From NCBI RefSeq assembly GCF_023055435.1, contig NW_025963779.1:53630001-53694000 (forward strand): a stretch of 64,000 nucleotides of DNA. The letters are read 5' to 3'. This DNA comes from Haliotis rufescens. Taxonomy: Eukaryota. The notes under the pieces were generated by a model. That model made no database searches. It was not told where the DNA came from and saw only the letters and a program-made list of their open reading frames with translations. The translations under genes were made by a program, and so were the position numbers. Shown one piece after another: positions 23,219 through 35,500 of this stretch; the stretch's first letter is position 1, and the number at the start of each line of letters is the position of its first letter.

Positions 23219-23557
23219 GGGGTGGTGGGGTAGCCTAGTGGTTAAAGCGTTCGCTCGTCATGCTGAAGACCCAGGTTTTATTCAAAACATGGGCACATTG
23301 TGTGAAGCCCATGTCTGGTTTTGTTTGTTTGTTTGTTTTTTAAAGCGGCACTCGACAATATTCCAGCAATATGACGGCGGCCTGTAAATAATCGAGTCTG
23401 GACCAGACAATCCAGTGATTGATATCATGAGCATCGATCCACGCAATGGGGATACGATGACATGCATCAACCAAGTCAGTGAGCCTGACCACCCGATCCC
23501 GTTAGTCGCCTCTTACAAGCATAGTTGCCTGTTACGCCAAGCATGGGTTGCTGAAGC
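23219..23557. mobile_element. SINE family C 5' part (+) abutting a family A copy (-)
   Basis: GGGTAGCCTAGTGGTTAAAGCGTTCGCTCGTCA head, followed by the family A reverse complement from about 23318. Confidence 0.7.
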
Positions 23558-24507
23558 GAGTACCAGTGTATGGTATTAATGACCATAGTGTGATCAATCT
23601 CATTAAAATCAGTTCTAAACAATGTGTTTACTGGTAGTGAGAACTAAGATCTGATTTTAATGAGATTGTTGTAGGATAAGACTGACACCTACACTCTATG
23701 GCTCTTTCATGACCAAACATGCTCAGGGACACAGCTCTGCGAAGTGAGTTGCTACACTTCAGACAACTGGTTGCTCTGTTCCCAAGACATTCCTGCAGCA
23801 TTCTTGAAGCACAGCAGCTGCTTGTCACAGCAACAATGTTAAGCTACGCTCATTAACAGTTCAATATAGCCTTGTAAAGAGGATTTTATGCCACTTCTGT
23901 GAAAATTACCACTCTTCCACACAATTGATTGTGCAATTGTCATGTTTGGGTTAATGGAGACAGTAATCTTTGTGTTTGTTTGCCCTACTGTTTTGTTATC
24001 GGTTATTGATATCCAAATGAACTCAACCAAATAATTCCCAGGCAACCAACCAAAATGTAAAAGTTATTTTGGGTCATTAACCTGACCGGTATATATTCAT
24101 GCCAAATAAAATTGGAAATATTTAGGAATGGAAATTCATTTTTATTTCCACCTACCTACATAAGTTGTCTGTTTTTGTTTGTTGCCAAGTTTTTGTATCC
24201 AGCTACATGACGGCAGCCTATAAATAATACACTGAGTAATGATCCATGTTATTAGGGTATGAAGGCACACAATAAACCAAGTCACTGAGCTTGACCACCT
24301 GTTCTTTTAAGTCTCTTTGTACAACAAGCATAGATTGCTTGGGACCAGGTCTAACTCAGAATACCCATGGGGTGTCCTGTTGGTAAAATCTCTCAATCAT
24401 AGAGTCTATACTTGTGGCCAAGTGAAAACAGCAATGTTAATCATGTTTGGAGTAGAGAGAGGTCTTGGGGGCTGCTGCTCCACATATTCTCCTGACAAAA
24501 GCTATGA

Positions 24508-25045
24508 TTTGTTTGTTTGTTGTTTAATGCCGCACTCCAGCAATATTCCAGCTATATGACGGCGGTCTGTAAATAACTGAGTCTGGACCAGACAACACAG
24601 TGACTGACATCATGAGCATCGATCCACACAATTGAGTGAGTGAGTTTGGTTTAACACCGCTTTTAACAGTATTCCAGTTATGTCATGGCCTGTCAGCTTA
24701 ATGTGGGAGGAAAGCCCGAAGTGATGCAGGTCTCAGACGTTTACCACTTCGCTGAAACCCACGAGCGCGGGTATGGTGCTGACAAACCTAGAAACATAAT
24801 CGGGGCGAACCGGGATTCGAACCCACAATCATAGGTGTCTGGCGTGCCCAGGGGACACAACTCTGCACAGCGAATTGTGACGCCTTAGAATGCCCCCCAC
24901 GCAACTGGGATACAATGACATGCATCAACCGAGTCAGTGGGCCTGACCACCCGATCTCGATAGTCGCCTCTTACGACAAGCATAGTTGCCTTTTACGGCA
25001 AGCATGGGTTGCTGAAGACCTATTCTACCCTGATCTTCACAGGCC
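24508..25045 (-). mobile_element. Family A SINE with a nested family B SINE (24634-24897)
   Basis: Outer 12-bp TSD CAAAAGCTATGA (24496-24507, 25046-25057); the inner copy is flanked by CCAC(A/G)CAA(T/C)TG. Confidence 0.85.
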
Positions 25046-26053
25046 CAAAAGCTATGAACAATACATAAGAGAATAACAATGACAACTATAATAATACATA
25101 ATTTTATTAACAAATCTGATTTGAATAATTTGGGTACAGTAATATATTTGCAACCCATTTCAGTTCAAAAGTAAGCACCATTTGCAATCACTGAATCAAA
25201 CAAAACATATCCACTTTGGCTGTCCTCCAATAGATGAAAGATTACAAACAGGTTCATACTGAACACGTTACACGGTGACACACACAATATTCAATATTAT
25301 TTACATTTGTCCTCATTAGAATATGTAAGTTGCTGTTAAAATTAATAACAGCATGATGTATAACAAACGTTAAGAATATTCTTATATTACACATGTTCGA
25401 TGCTCCTCTGGGACTCCCAATGATACAACAGAGTATAAGTCACATGCACAAACCAGTTAAGATATTAAAGTAGAATGTTTCTGCATATATGGTTGATGAT
25501 TGCCATTAATAACTTGACAATTTTCTCAAGAAATCCCACAGAAATAACAGTCGTAAAATTATGGACAGTTTTTATTAAAAAAATATATATGGACATGTAA
25601 ACATATTTCTGTGTATTGCTCTAAAAACTATTTATTTCTGTATATAGGTTACGGGGTAATGATCTGTTTACACATTTGTTAATACAGATGATTAGGAAAC
25701 ACTCTTAATGATTAAATAACCTAAGCACTATTAGATACCATGTACAATGCAATATCAATATGTTCTACATAACAATATATACATATATATAACTATGACT
25801 GCCTATATAAAAGTTCAGAATAAACATGATAAAGCATTAACACACAAATAATACTCCTCTGATGAAAACATGGACGTCCCAAACAACTACCTCAAAGGGC
25901 CTTGCAGTGTTCAGAGTGAGAGTTATTTGTAAAATGAATGGAAGTGTATATGCAATCTGACAATTTTCAAAAAGTATAAGGGATTGGATCAAGGACATTT
26001 TGTGGACTTTTCACAGTGCATAAAAGTTCTCAAGGTACAGGATTATTAACTGA

Positions 26054-26219
26054 GTGAGTGAGTGAGTATGGTTTAACGCCGCTTTTAGCAATATTCCAGC
26101 AATATCACGGCGGGGGACACCAGAAATGGGCTTCACACATTGTACCCATGTCGGGAATCGAACCCAGGTCTTCGGCGTGACGAACGAACGCTTTAACCAC
26201 TAGGCTACCCGACCACCCC
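26054..26219 (-). mobile_element. Short tRNA-derived SINE family C, full length
   Basis: 14-bp TSD GGATTATTAACTGA; A box TAGCCTAGTGG, B box GGTTCGATTCCC; (ACTC)n tail. Other copies at about 30436-30584, 44030-44180 and 48566-48710. Confidence 0.85.
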
Positions 26220-27348
26220 GGATTATTAACTGACTCAGATCTAGTAAACATGTTTTAGTTGGGCTACTAGTTACCATGTTTTAGTTGGGCTACTAGTTAC
26301 CATGTTTTAGTTGGGCTACTAGTACTATTAATTTTCTTTGATAATGCAAAAATGTTCCCTTAACGTGTCAAGTGTAAATTTTTCATGTATCATGTCATGT
26401 ATCACAAAGACAAGTATTGTTACAACCATACAATAATAGCACTATTACACATGCTACAGTAGTATCTCTATGCTAAAGCATAGGAGTTACTGATTACAGC
26501 TCCATGCTATTATGACATATCCCAGGAAGTGACATCACCAGCTTCATACCTCTTATTACTAATTCAGCACAGAATTTCTCTCGTTCATGAGCCTGAAATC
26601 AACAACCAATCAAACTGCTTCTGAATGTGACTTTGGCTCAGATCTATATTCAAAATTGTGTCATCATCCGAGTGAGCCCTCCAATCAGGAGGATAATTGT
26701 TATCAATTAACTTATAGATGAAAAAGATTTTTCCTGAAGAAGGGAGGGTGCAGGAGAAAGTCCTTATCAGTCAGGGTCACTTCTTGTTTATGTGGGTTTT
26801 CAGGGGTTTTATTTCCATAACTCTGTGTGGGAATTCATTTTCATGGTCATCCTGACTGTTTATAATTGTATGGTTAAAGACGTTCTGGTAATATTTAAGA
26901 CGGCATGAAAAGTCGAGGTGAAGACTAGTGATATCAGCCTGTTTCAATCATGATAGAACAGTGTAATTTCATTTGATGTCTATCTTTCAGTGTTGCGCCA
27001 TTAAAACGAGACACAGAACACTGGGATGGCGGTGAATGGGTCCAGGTCCCTATGTCACGAAGTAACCATAGCGCTAAGACTATTGTAAGCCTTTGTTTAA
27101 CTGCAGGATTTACCATCATCTTAGCACAGTGATCACTTTGTGAAAGGGGGTCCTGGATGAATGCTATAATAGAATAGAACCCGGGTGTTCGATGTGACAA
27201 GTGAACGCTTTGACCACTAGGCTACCTGACCGTCCCTAAACATGCTAAAGGAACAGAGATATGATAAACTATCTTTATATAGAGGAATCAGGATTTTGCC
27301 AGGAATAAGATCACTGAGGCACATTCAGTCATTGTTAGAAACCAAATG

Positions 27349-29089
27349 TCAAGAAGGAACCAATCGCATGTCTGGATTCCATGTTGTGATGATTCCAATA
27401 ACGGATGAGACCACACCCACGGCACCTTGCACCCCAGCTGAAGCATTGATCCGCTTCAGTGCGGCCAGCGGAAGAACAAGATCACTCATATTACGAACAA
27501 AGTCCAGAATCAGCGGAACACTTTCTTGAAAACATGATAGCACAACCTCTGTATCATTGGGGATATGGCGTGTTTTGTATTTGTGGTTAACATCACCATT
27601 TCCATAGTGAGACTTTGAAGCCCTCTCGTTGCGTAACCTTAGTTCTTCGATGATAACAGTCCACATTCCATACACATCTCGTATGAGGTTGAGGATTATA
27701 GTAACTAGCCAGAAACGGGCCGACAAATCCTTCCATTTGGCACTGTCGACTTTGGCTATGCCAATTCGGCCTGCCCATATGATGTGGTCAAAGAGAAGAT
27801 AGCAAGCTTGGTTGATCTTGGATAGTGTGATTGTCAAACGAAGGACTGTGTCAGAGATGTGGATGCTTCGTAGGGCTGAGTGAAGAAAGTCAATGCTCTT
27901 TCCCAAACGTAGTACTGGAATGTAAAGGGCCTCTTTATTACCATGATTACTATATTCACTACAAACATGTTGTATCTTAATCAAAATTCAAACTTAAAAA
28001 AAAGGAAATAAGTTTGATAACAACATTTTCAAAGAGGCTTCAATTTGGATTCATGAATTAATTTGCACTTGGTGTAAGACCCACAGTATTATTTTACACT
28101 GCCATAGCAAATGTATTGTAACATGTGTAGATGGAAAGAAGTGTATAATGTAGAATATATAAGTATGGCTTAATTGTTCTATCAATCTGATAAAGATATT
28201 AAAAATACCTTTTCTCGTAGTGCTGAGGGCGTTATCCACATTTTTCAATTTTAAAATGATGTTCGGGTCAAAGTGTCCTTTCTGTAGGTACCACCATGCA
28301 AATTTGCTGGCATACTGGACTAATCTGAAAGATTGAATAAAACAACTGAATCAGCATGTATAAATATACATGGAAATCATACATGAACGCTCTGATGCCT
28401 AGTTCCTGACGAGGTGTTGATGTAATTTGAGTAGTTCGCAAAAGGTATAGTGTGAAAGATTGGCTCATGTAAATAAGTGATTACGATAATAAAAGTTATT
28501 GGTTGATTGATCTGGATGACAACACTTAAGTTTTTGAAACGACTGGAATGAAACTTGTCCAAATTTCAAATTTTAGCCAAACTTAAGCATATGATATGAT
28601 CATGCTTAATTTCACTGATTATTTTCATAATATATCTACACATTGTTGGGTATACCATTCCAACAAAGCACTTACTCACCACCCAGACAAGGCCTCAAGT
28701 GTATCAAGCACCTGAGCCCAGTGTTACAGGTTCAAAGTGCAATAACCCACAATGACTCATGACGTTTTAACAGCTTGAACATCAAAAGACCTTTATATAA
28801 GTCATTTCACTGTGCAACACTCAAATATTGTAGTCAGTTTACAACCAAACACGTTTACCAATGCCGCATATGCTTATATTTACAATAGCACAATTAGGCT
28901 AAAATAGAGGTGTGATAGCTTCTCATATAACCACAGGTATAACGAGGAAACGAGCATAGGTTAGAGAGTCAACTGACATTGTCAAGTGAAATATTACAAT
29001 GATTTTGTTTACCTTGCAAGTTTATCCCTTCCTGACGAAAGTGAGTTAAATTTAACCAAGTGTCCAACGAAATCTGAATCGTCAGCCAT
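27349..29089 (-). CDS. PEX11B: Peroxisomal membrane protein 11 (alpha/beta type), 252 aa, 3 exons
   Basis: Exons 29089-29013, 28324-28209, 27914-27349 with matching phases. GRDKLARLVQYASKF, LSTTRKVLRLGK, YLLFDHIIW, SARFWL..LNLIRD and a C-terminal hydrophobic segment are PEX11 hallmarks. Alpha versus beta cannot be resolved in an invertebrate. Confidence 0.9.
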
Positions 29090-29579
29090 AGACGCCGGTA
29101 ATGTGACAGAATTGTTGCCGGTGAATTATGCACCCACGTTTGTAAACATCGTTTCGTGCAGGTGCTCGATAAGGACGGTCAAAGGGCACTCTATACTATA
29201 TTCATTACGGGTAATTTCGATAATATATATTTGCAGGTAGTATTTTTAAATGAGCTCATGCCTATCAACATTTACTTATTATTTAAATAACCCTGTATAA
29301 ACAGATCTATAGTTTTTTCGTTATATTGTAAACAATATGACTAATATAATAGCACAAAATAATAGTAACAACATTATATTTCTATAGTTGTAATACTAAT
29401 AGTTTTTCTAAGTATTTGTTTCAAAATGGCCGACTTGGTTACGAGAATTTGATCTGCAGCATGTTTACAGTTAAATCATAGAATTATTCCATGACATAAA
29501 TTAATTAGTCAAAGCTTTTCTACACAAACTAGGGATCTGGGTTACTATTGTGTCGTGACAATAATCATAACCGTCCACA
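29090..29579. promoter_or_regulatory. Putative bidirectional promoter for PEX11/WDR93
   Basis: 490 bp between divergent ATGs; YY1-like CAAAATGGCCG near 29422. Confidence 0.6.
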
Positions 29580-32500
29580 ATGCCCGTTTATCTTCGCAAG
29601 AACGTCGTGTACACTCCTCCGTCCATAGAAAACGTATCGGATGAAGATGAAGATGACTATATTCAAGATCCAGAACAAATACGTGATGTTTTGCCACAGC
29701 CTTATCGAATGATAAACAAAGTTATTAATGGCGTTCTTGACGATGTTTGGGAGGACGTGTCACAGAAAGAAAGTGCTCGATTTGCAGAGCAGAGCAAGAT
29801 CAGACCACCGAAATATGATTGTGCAGTTGAAATTCAGAATCAGGTGATATATTTGTCTGTAAATTATATTCCTTTTTTCATTTAGTGTAAGTATTCCGCC
29901 CTTATCTCCCGTCAAAAAATATATATAATAAAAAGAATTGACTGGCAATGCATACATATATAACTTTTGGAGGGGGGATATGGGCGAAAGGCTTTCCCAA
30001 ATTTGGATGACTCCAAGACAAATCTAAATGATCCATACACTAATTTTTAGGACCCCGGACACAAAACGAATAGTGTTCAATAGAAATCTTGTTTCATCAA
30101 GTAACGGTAGAACTGATACCTTTTGTACAGAAGCGGTTGGGAGTACTAAATAGATTTTCCGGAATTTAGCCAGTTTTACAATGAAATTCATGGTCACCAC
30201 AGCTTCTACAGTGTCAAATATCATTTTTAGGTCATTGCTACAGATAACAATAAAAGCAAATAATGTTTAAAACAATACCAAACCAATTAGTCTAGCTTCA
30301 CATACATTACTGTATATAAGGGTGATTTATAATGTCAAGTTAATTCCAAATTTGATATGAGGAAAGCATACACTGTGCAAGAAAAGTTAGCTGTAGTAGA
30401 GAAATTAAGAGCTGGTGCTTTACAGGCCAGTGTGAGCCTAGTGGTTAAAGCGTTCGCTCGTCACGCCAAAGACCCGGGTTGATTCCCGACATTGGTACAA
30501 CGTGTGAAGCCCATTTTTGGTGTCCTCGCCTTGATATTGCTGGAATATTGCTAAAAGCAGTGTAAAATCAAACTCACTCACTCAAAGAACCCCCTCCAAC
30601 ATGTGAATCATACTTAGAATTGCTGCTTGTATATATTTGACCAAACCATATACAAGATATGGCAAATATTGGAACCAATGATGAAAATGACATGTTACTT
30701 ACCATTTATGGTTGTCTGTTTCAGACACAAGCAACATCTTTGGCAGATAGTGGTGATGGCAGATATATTTTCATTGGTCTGCCAAATGGATTATCAGTAA
30801 TGGATGCATCTACACAGAAACCAATCACAATATGGGAAGAGGACAATATGGAGATTGTCAATATCAGATCACATGTCATGGGTGTCCAGACCTATCTCAT
30901 AGTCACCCTTGACGATATGGGTAAAAACTAAATTTTATATGTATGATACATCAATTTGCGATTTAAGTAGATTATTGTAAATATGAATGAAGTAGCAAGC
31001 TGATTAACAGTTTTTTAATTTTGAATATCATTTGATATAGTAAAGAAGAAATAGTTTACTTTTTACAATTTTTGCAAAGCCATTACTTATTTTTTATAAA
31101 AGTAAATTCATTGTACTGATATATCTAGGACGTTAAGTTAAGAATGTCAAATGTTATTATGCTTAAAAAAATAAAAGAATTGGTTCTCAGACAATGACTT
31201 TTGAAAATATAGTGCGGGTGGGTGGTGTGTTTTTTTGTGTGTTTTTTTTGCTTGTTCAAACTAGTATGTAACAAAATAAACAATTGTGTACCATCAACCT
31301 GGGAAAGGGCCTCTCTACATAAACAAGTAATACAAACTTTTATTGCCCCAATGAGCATAACATGAAATGTGCAGTAACGCAGTGCGCATGTAAAGGGAAG
31401 TAACTGCATGCTATATTGGATCACATTGTTTTTAAATATTAGGATTTTTGGATTTAAAAAAAAATGGAAATAAAAACGAAACGTGCGACAGACTTTATGA
31501 TGATGCAGGGGGTGCCTGAGAACCAAGACTATTATTTTTTTTAGCCTCAAGTTTGTAAAACTAGAAGGAGCTGAAATATTATTTGACTACTTTTCTGTCT
31601 ACAGGAACTGGAAGATTATTTGCCTTTGCATTTGATTGTCTTTTCTTGCTGAAAGTTCTGAATGAACAGGTAAGGCTGCATTGTTTCATTGGTTTACAGA
31701 GGATTGTGGGAACTGCCTGGTCAGTAGGCAAAACAGGTGGAAAAAATCCAAGCAAAATTTTTCAGCTTTTGTTTTTAGTTTTTCAAAAATCTTTGCCAAA
31801 GGGACAGTGTTTGTTGAGCAGGTCTTATTGGACTTGCTATTAAACATGTTTTGTGCACAATTTGAGACAAGTTGTTTTTGTTGAACACAGAATAGAGATA
31901 ATAGAGCTTTTCAGGTTTGATCTTTTTTTTTCTTGAGCCAGTTTTTGCAAAAAAAATATTGCCAAAATGAACATGCATTGTTTTCATCTTGCTAAGATCT
32001 TGCTAACAGTTTAAACAGTTCTAAGCACATACAGTATTTTTCTTTGTGAAACTTGAACCAGGAAATGGCTGGCTGTATCAATATTATTGTTAACCTTGTT
32101 GTATTTGACAAAGACAATGTTTACATTTCATTAAATACTGCATTGTTGGCAGTCTGCTGACTTTGTTTTAATATTTTATGGAATATTTTTAGTAATTTTT
32201 CATTGAAAGAGATTTTGCGTCCTTTTCATTCCCAGGACAGTGGAGTGAAAAATTTGGTCAGCAAATGTGAATCTTCCAACGAAGGAGACTACATGGGACT
32301 AATGTTAGAAAGTAAGTGATTGCCATCATGTTTATATACAGGACACCATGAAGATTCTAGGTGCTCATCAACCCATACTACTCATACAAGTTATCCCTTC
32401 CAAACAACTTAATGGATTACAGTCCGTTTGACTCCAAATGAGAACTCAAAATCGGGAATACTCCATTAAATGTCAGTACAGGCAATGAATACCATGTACA

Positions 32501-35500
32501 CAACACTATCTGCTGTTTTGCCATTGCACATGCTACACAGTACAGCAATGAATACCATGTACACAACAATATCTGCTGTTTTGCCATTGCACATGCTACA
32601 CAGTACAGCAATGAATACCATGTACACAACACTATCTGCTGTTTTGCCATTGCACATGCTACACAGTACAGCAATGAATACCATGTACACAACACTATCT
32701 GCTGTTTTGCCTTTGCACATGCTACACAACAGTACAGGCAATGAATACCATGTACACAACACTATCTGCTGTTTTGCATTTGCACATGCTACACAGTACA
32801 GCAATGAATACCATGTACACAACACTATCTGCTGTTTTGCCATTGCACATGCTACACAGTACAGGCAATGACAGCACAAGAGGGGTCATCCCATGATAAT
32901 ATTAATCGCAATCATGTCTCATTGTTCTCATTTGGAGCCAACCGGACTGCCGGTGGTCAGACTTGGCTTGTCAGTGTATTCTACCCAATACGTGGCATCA
33001 ACCTGATCATTAAGAGGCCTCGGTCTTATAGCTGGAATATAGCTGAGTGTGGCATCAACCTGATCATTAAGAGGCCTCGGTCTTATAGCTGGAATATAGC
33101 TGAGTGTGGCATCAACCTGATCATTAAGAGGCCTCTGTCTTATAGCTGGAATATAGCTGAGTCTGGCATTAACCTGATCATTTAGAGGCCTCGGTCTTAT
33201 AGCTGGAATATAGCTGAGTGTGGCATCAACCTGATCATTAAGAGGCCTCTGTCTTATAGCTGGAATATAGCTGAGTGTGGCATTAAACAACAAACAAGCA
33301 TATAAAAGATATACAAACATTCAAGAACCCATGAACATGAACAATCAATTCCTTACTTCATGCAGTGTTTTGTTACAAATATAAGATAACCTAATTTTGG
33401 TAGAAATTACTCATCCTCACAACTTTCCAATAGTTAGTGATGTGAAACAGTAGCCATACTGAACCCTGGATATAGCTCATCTGCAGACAGTGTATCGAAA
33501 CAAATTCATTTAAGTCATATTCAATGTTCTAAAGGTAGCATGAAAGTCGAGAGGTCCTTGTTTTTGCCTTTATGCTTGAAGTTAAAAATTTGGTAGTTCC
33601 CAGATTCCAATACTATTGGAACAAGTCTCAAGAACCCCAGGACCTCCCTTAATTACGAACACTATTATGTTTTTAATGACAATTATTCTTGTTACTGTAG
33701 ACACGAGTACAAAGGAGATATGGTTGGAGATTCACAAGCTACCACGAGATGCTTGGCTACGGGAACTTGAGGCTATCCAGGCACAGATTACCCCCAAACA
33801 GAATCCACAGGTACAGTACGACCAGATGGTGGACAATTCCTTCATTTAAGTCTCTGTCAAAATCTTTTCAGTCTTCAAATCCAAACTGGTCTATTGTGTT
33901 TTGATACTTCGTACTCTTTTCATGAAGTGTAATAGCTTGGGAAACATATACTAAAACTATGCTTTGGGAAAGAGGTTAATGGTATTGAGAGTGATTTTTT
34001 TCCAAATGAGGAAAGTTAGAAAAATGAAATCTCATGACCCGTGAACAGGCTAGAGTGTATTTTTGCCTAATGCTAATTTGCATACGAGACTGATGGTTAT
34101 GCTGGAGGCATAGCTTGAAGAATGATTAAGGCCCTGAAAAGTATGGCTTTTGATGATAATGATATTTGAAACAAAATATTCATATCATTGTCAAAATAAA
34201 TTTGACATGTTTTGCATGCTGTTATAGACATATTGACCAAGCCATCTACAAGTCTACATGGTGATAAAATCCCCTTCAAACATTTCTGAAAGCCTTCAGG
34301 ATACATTTAATGTTAGCCAACCATGTTCAATATACAGATGGTGTATTGGGCTAGTGTTAACGACTATCCTTGGCATGACCTTTATATTCACAAGGCTTAT
34401 TTAGGCTTTTATATGCACAGTGATAAAGTTATAGATGAAGATCATCATGCACAACTCTTTCATTACTTTATTCAGTAATTTGGATGTTTATGTTTATGAA
34501 ACTTGACACACTTGTTATTCCCAATCAGATGACTAGATGTGGAAGACTGCTGAATTTGAATGAATGAAAGATGGTTTTCAGAGTTATGGCCCTTGTATAC
34601 TCTCCCTGAAACTGAAATAAATATTTTTATCAAGACGCAAGGGACATTTTAATCACAATGAACTCTGAACATCCCTGATATAATGCTGAAAGTTATTATC
34701 AATACATTTACAAAAAAACTTTGGAAATGACATAATGTCAGTTTAAACATGCTCAATGGTTTCAGCCTCCTCAACTTGGCCTTACATTTCAGATCCACAT
34801 CTGGAAGTTATTTGTTGTTTTATGTCTGGGGGCTGGGGGGAGAGAAATGACACTTCATTCTTTCACATCTCATCATGTAGCTGTTGATGAAAATAAGATT
34901 AGGATGAAAAAAAAGAGCGGCATTTTATTGTTCTTACTGTATGCTGTTAAAAATAACTCCTTTGTCTCAGCACTCACCTAAATAGTAATATATAGGTACA
35001 CTGTTTAACAAAGGAAATTTCTACACATCCAAAATATCTTTAACACAAGCTGATTGTTTTGGGGAGTAGATAAGTGCCTAATACCTTTCCAGATTTGATT
35101 TTTACCTTAGACGTTTGTTTAAATAGCCTGTTGAGTTACGTGTTTTTCCTTTTTGTCGTTGCATCAAAACAAGAGTTCATCCTGAGCTATGGTCAGTGTT
35201 TGCAAAGTCATCCAAGCAATTATTCCTTCAAGCTAGGTAGTTAGAATATCTGGATGGATAGACTTTAAATTTTACAGGAGGAATCATCTGGTGAGGCCCA
35301 GAATACTGAAAGTCATGGTACTGAAGGGGAGACAACTCAGGTAGGCTGTGACCCTGGTAGTTGAGTGAGCTCGAGCTTCTCTGTGTGGCTGGTGTAGTGG
35401 ACCTGTGTACTGGCCCTGTACAGTATATCTATTGACTATGCAGACTAACATGGTGGATTGTACATGTCTTGGATATAAGGTGTTTTCTCACGGGAAAGTT

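Noticed and set aside
26249-26325. 26-bp x3 tandem repeat (also 9-bp x4 near 10247)
   Set aside because: Ordinary short slippage repeats.
32417-33320. Repetitive ORFs in the six-frame track (also 56007-56324, 49783-50991 minus strand, 16325-16758)
   Set aside because: Open frames are by-products of tandem repeats.
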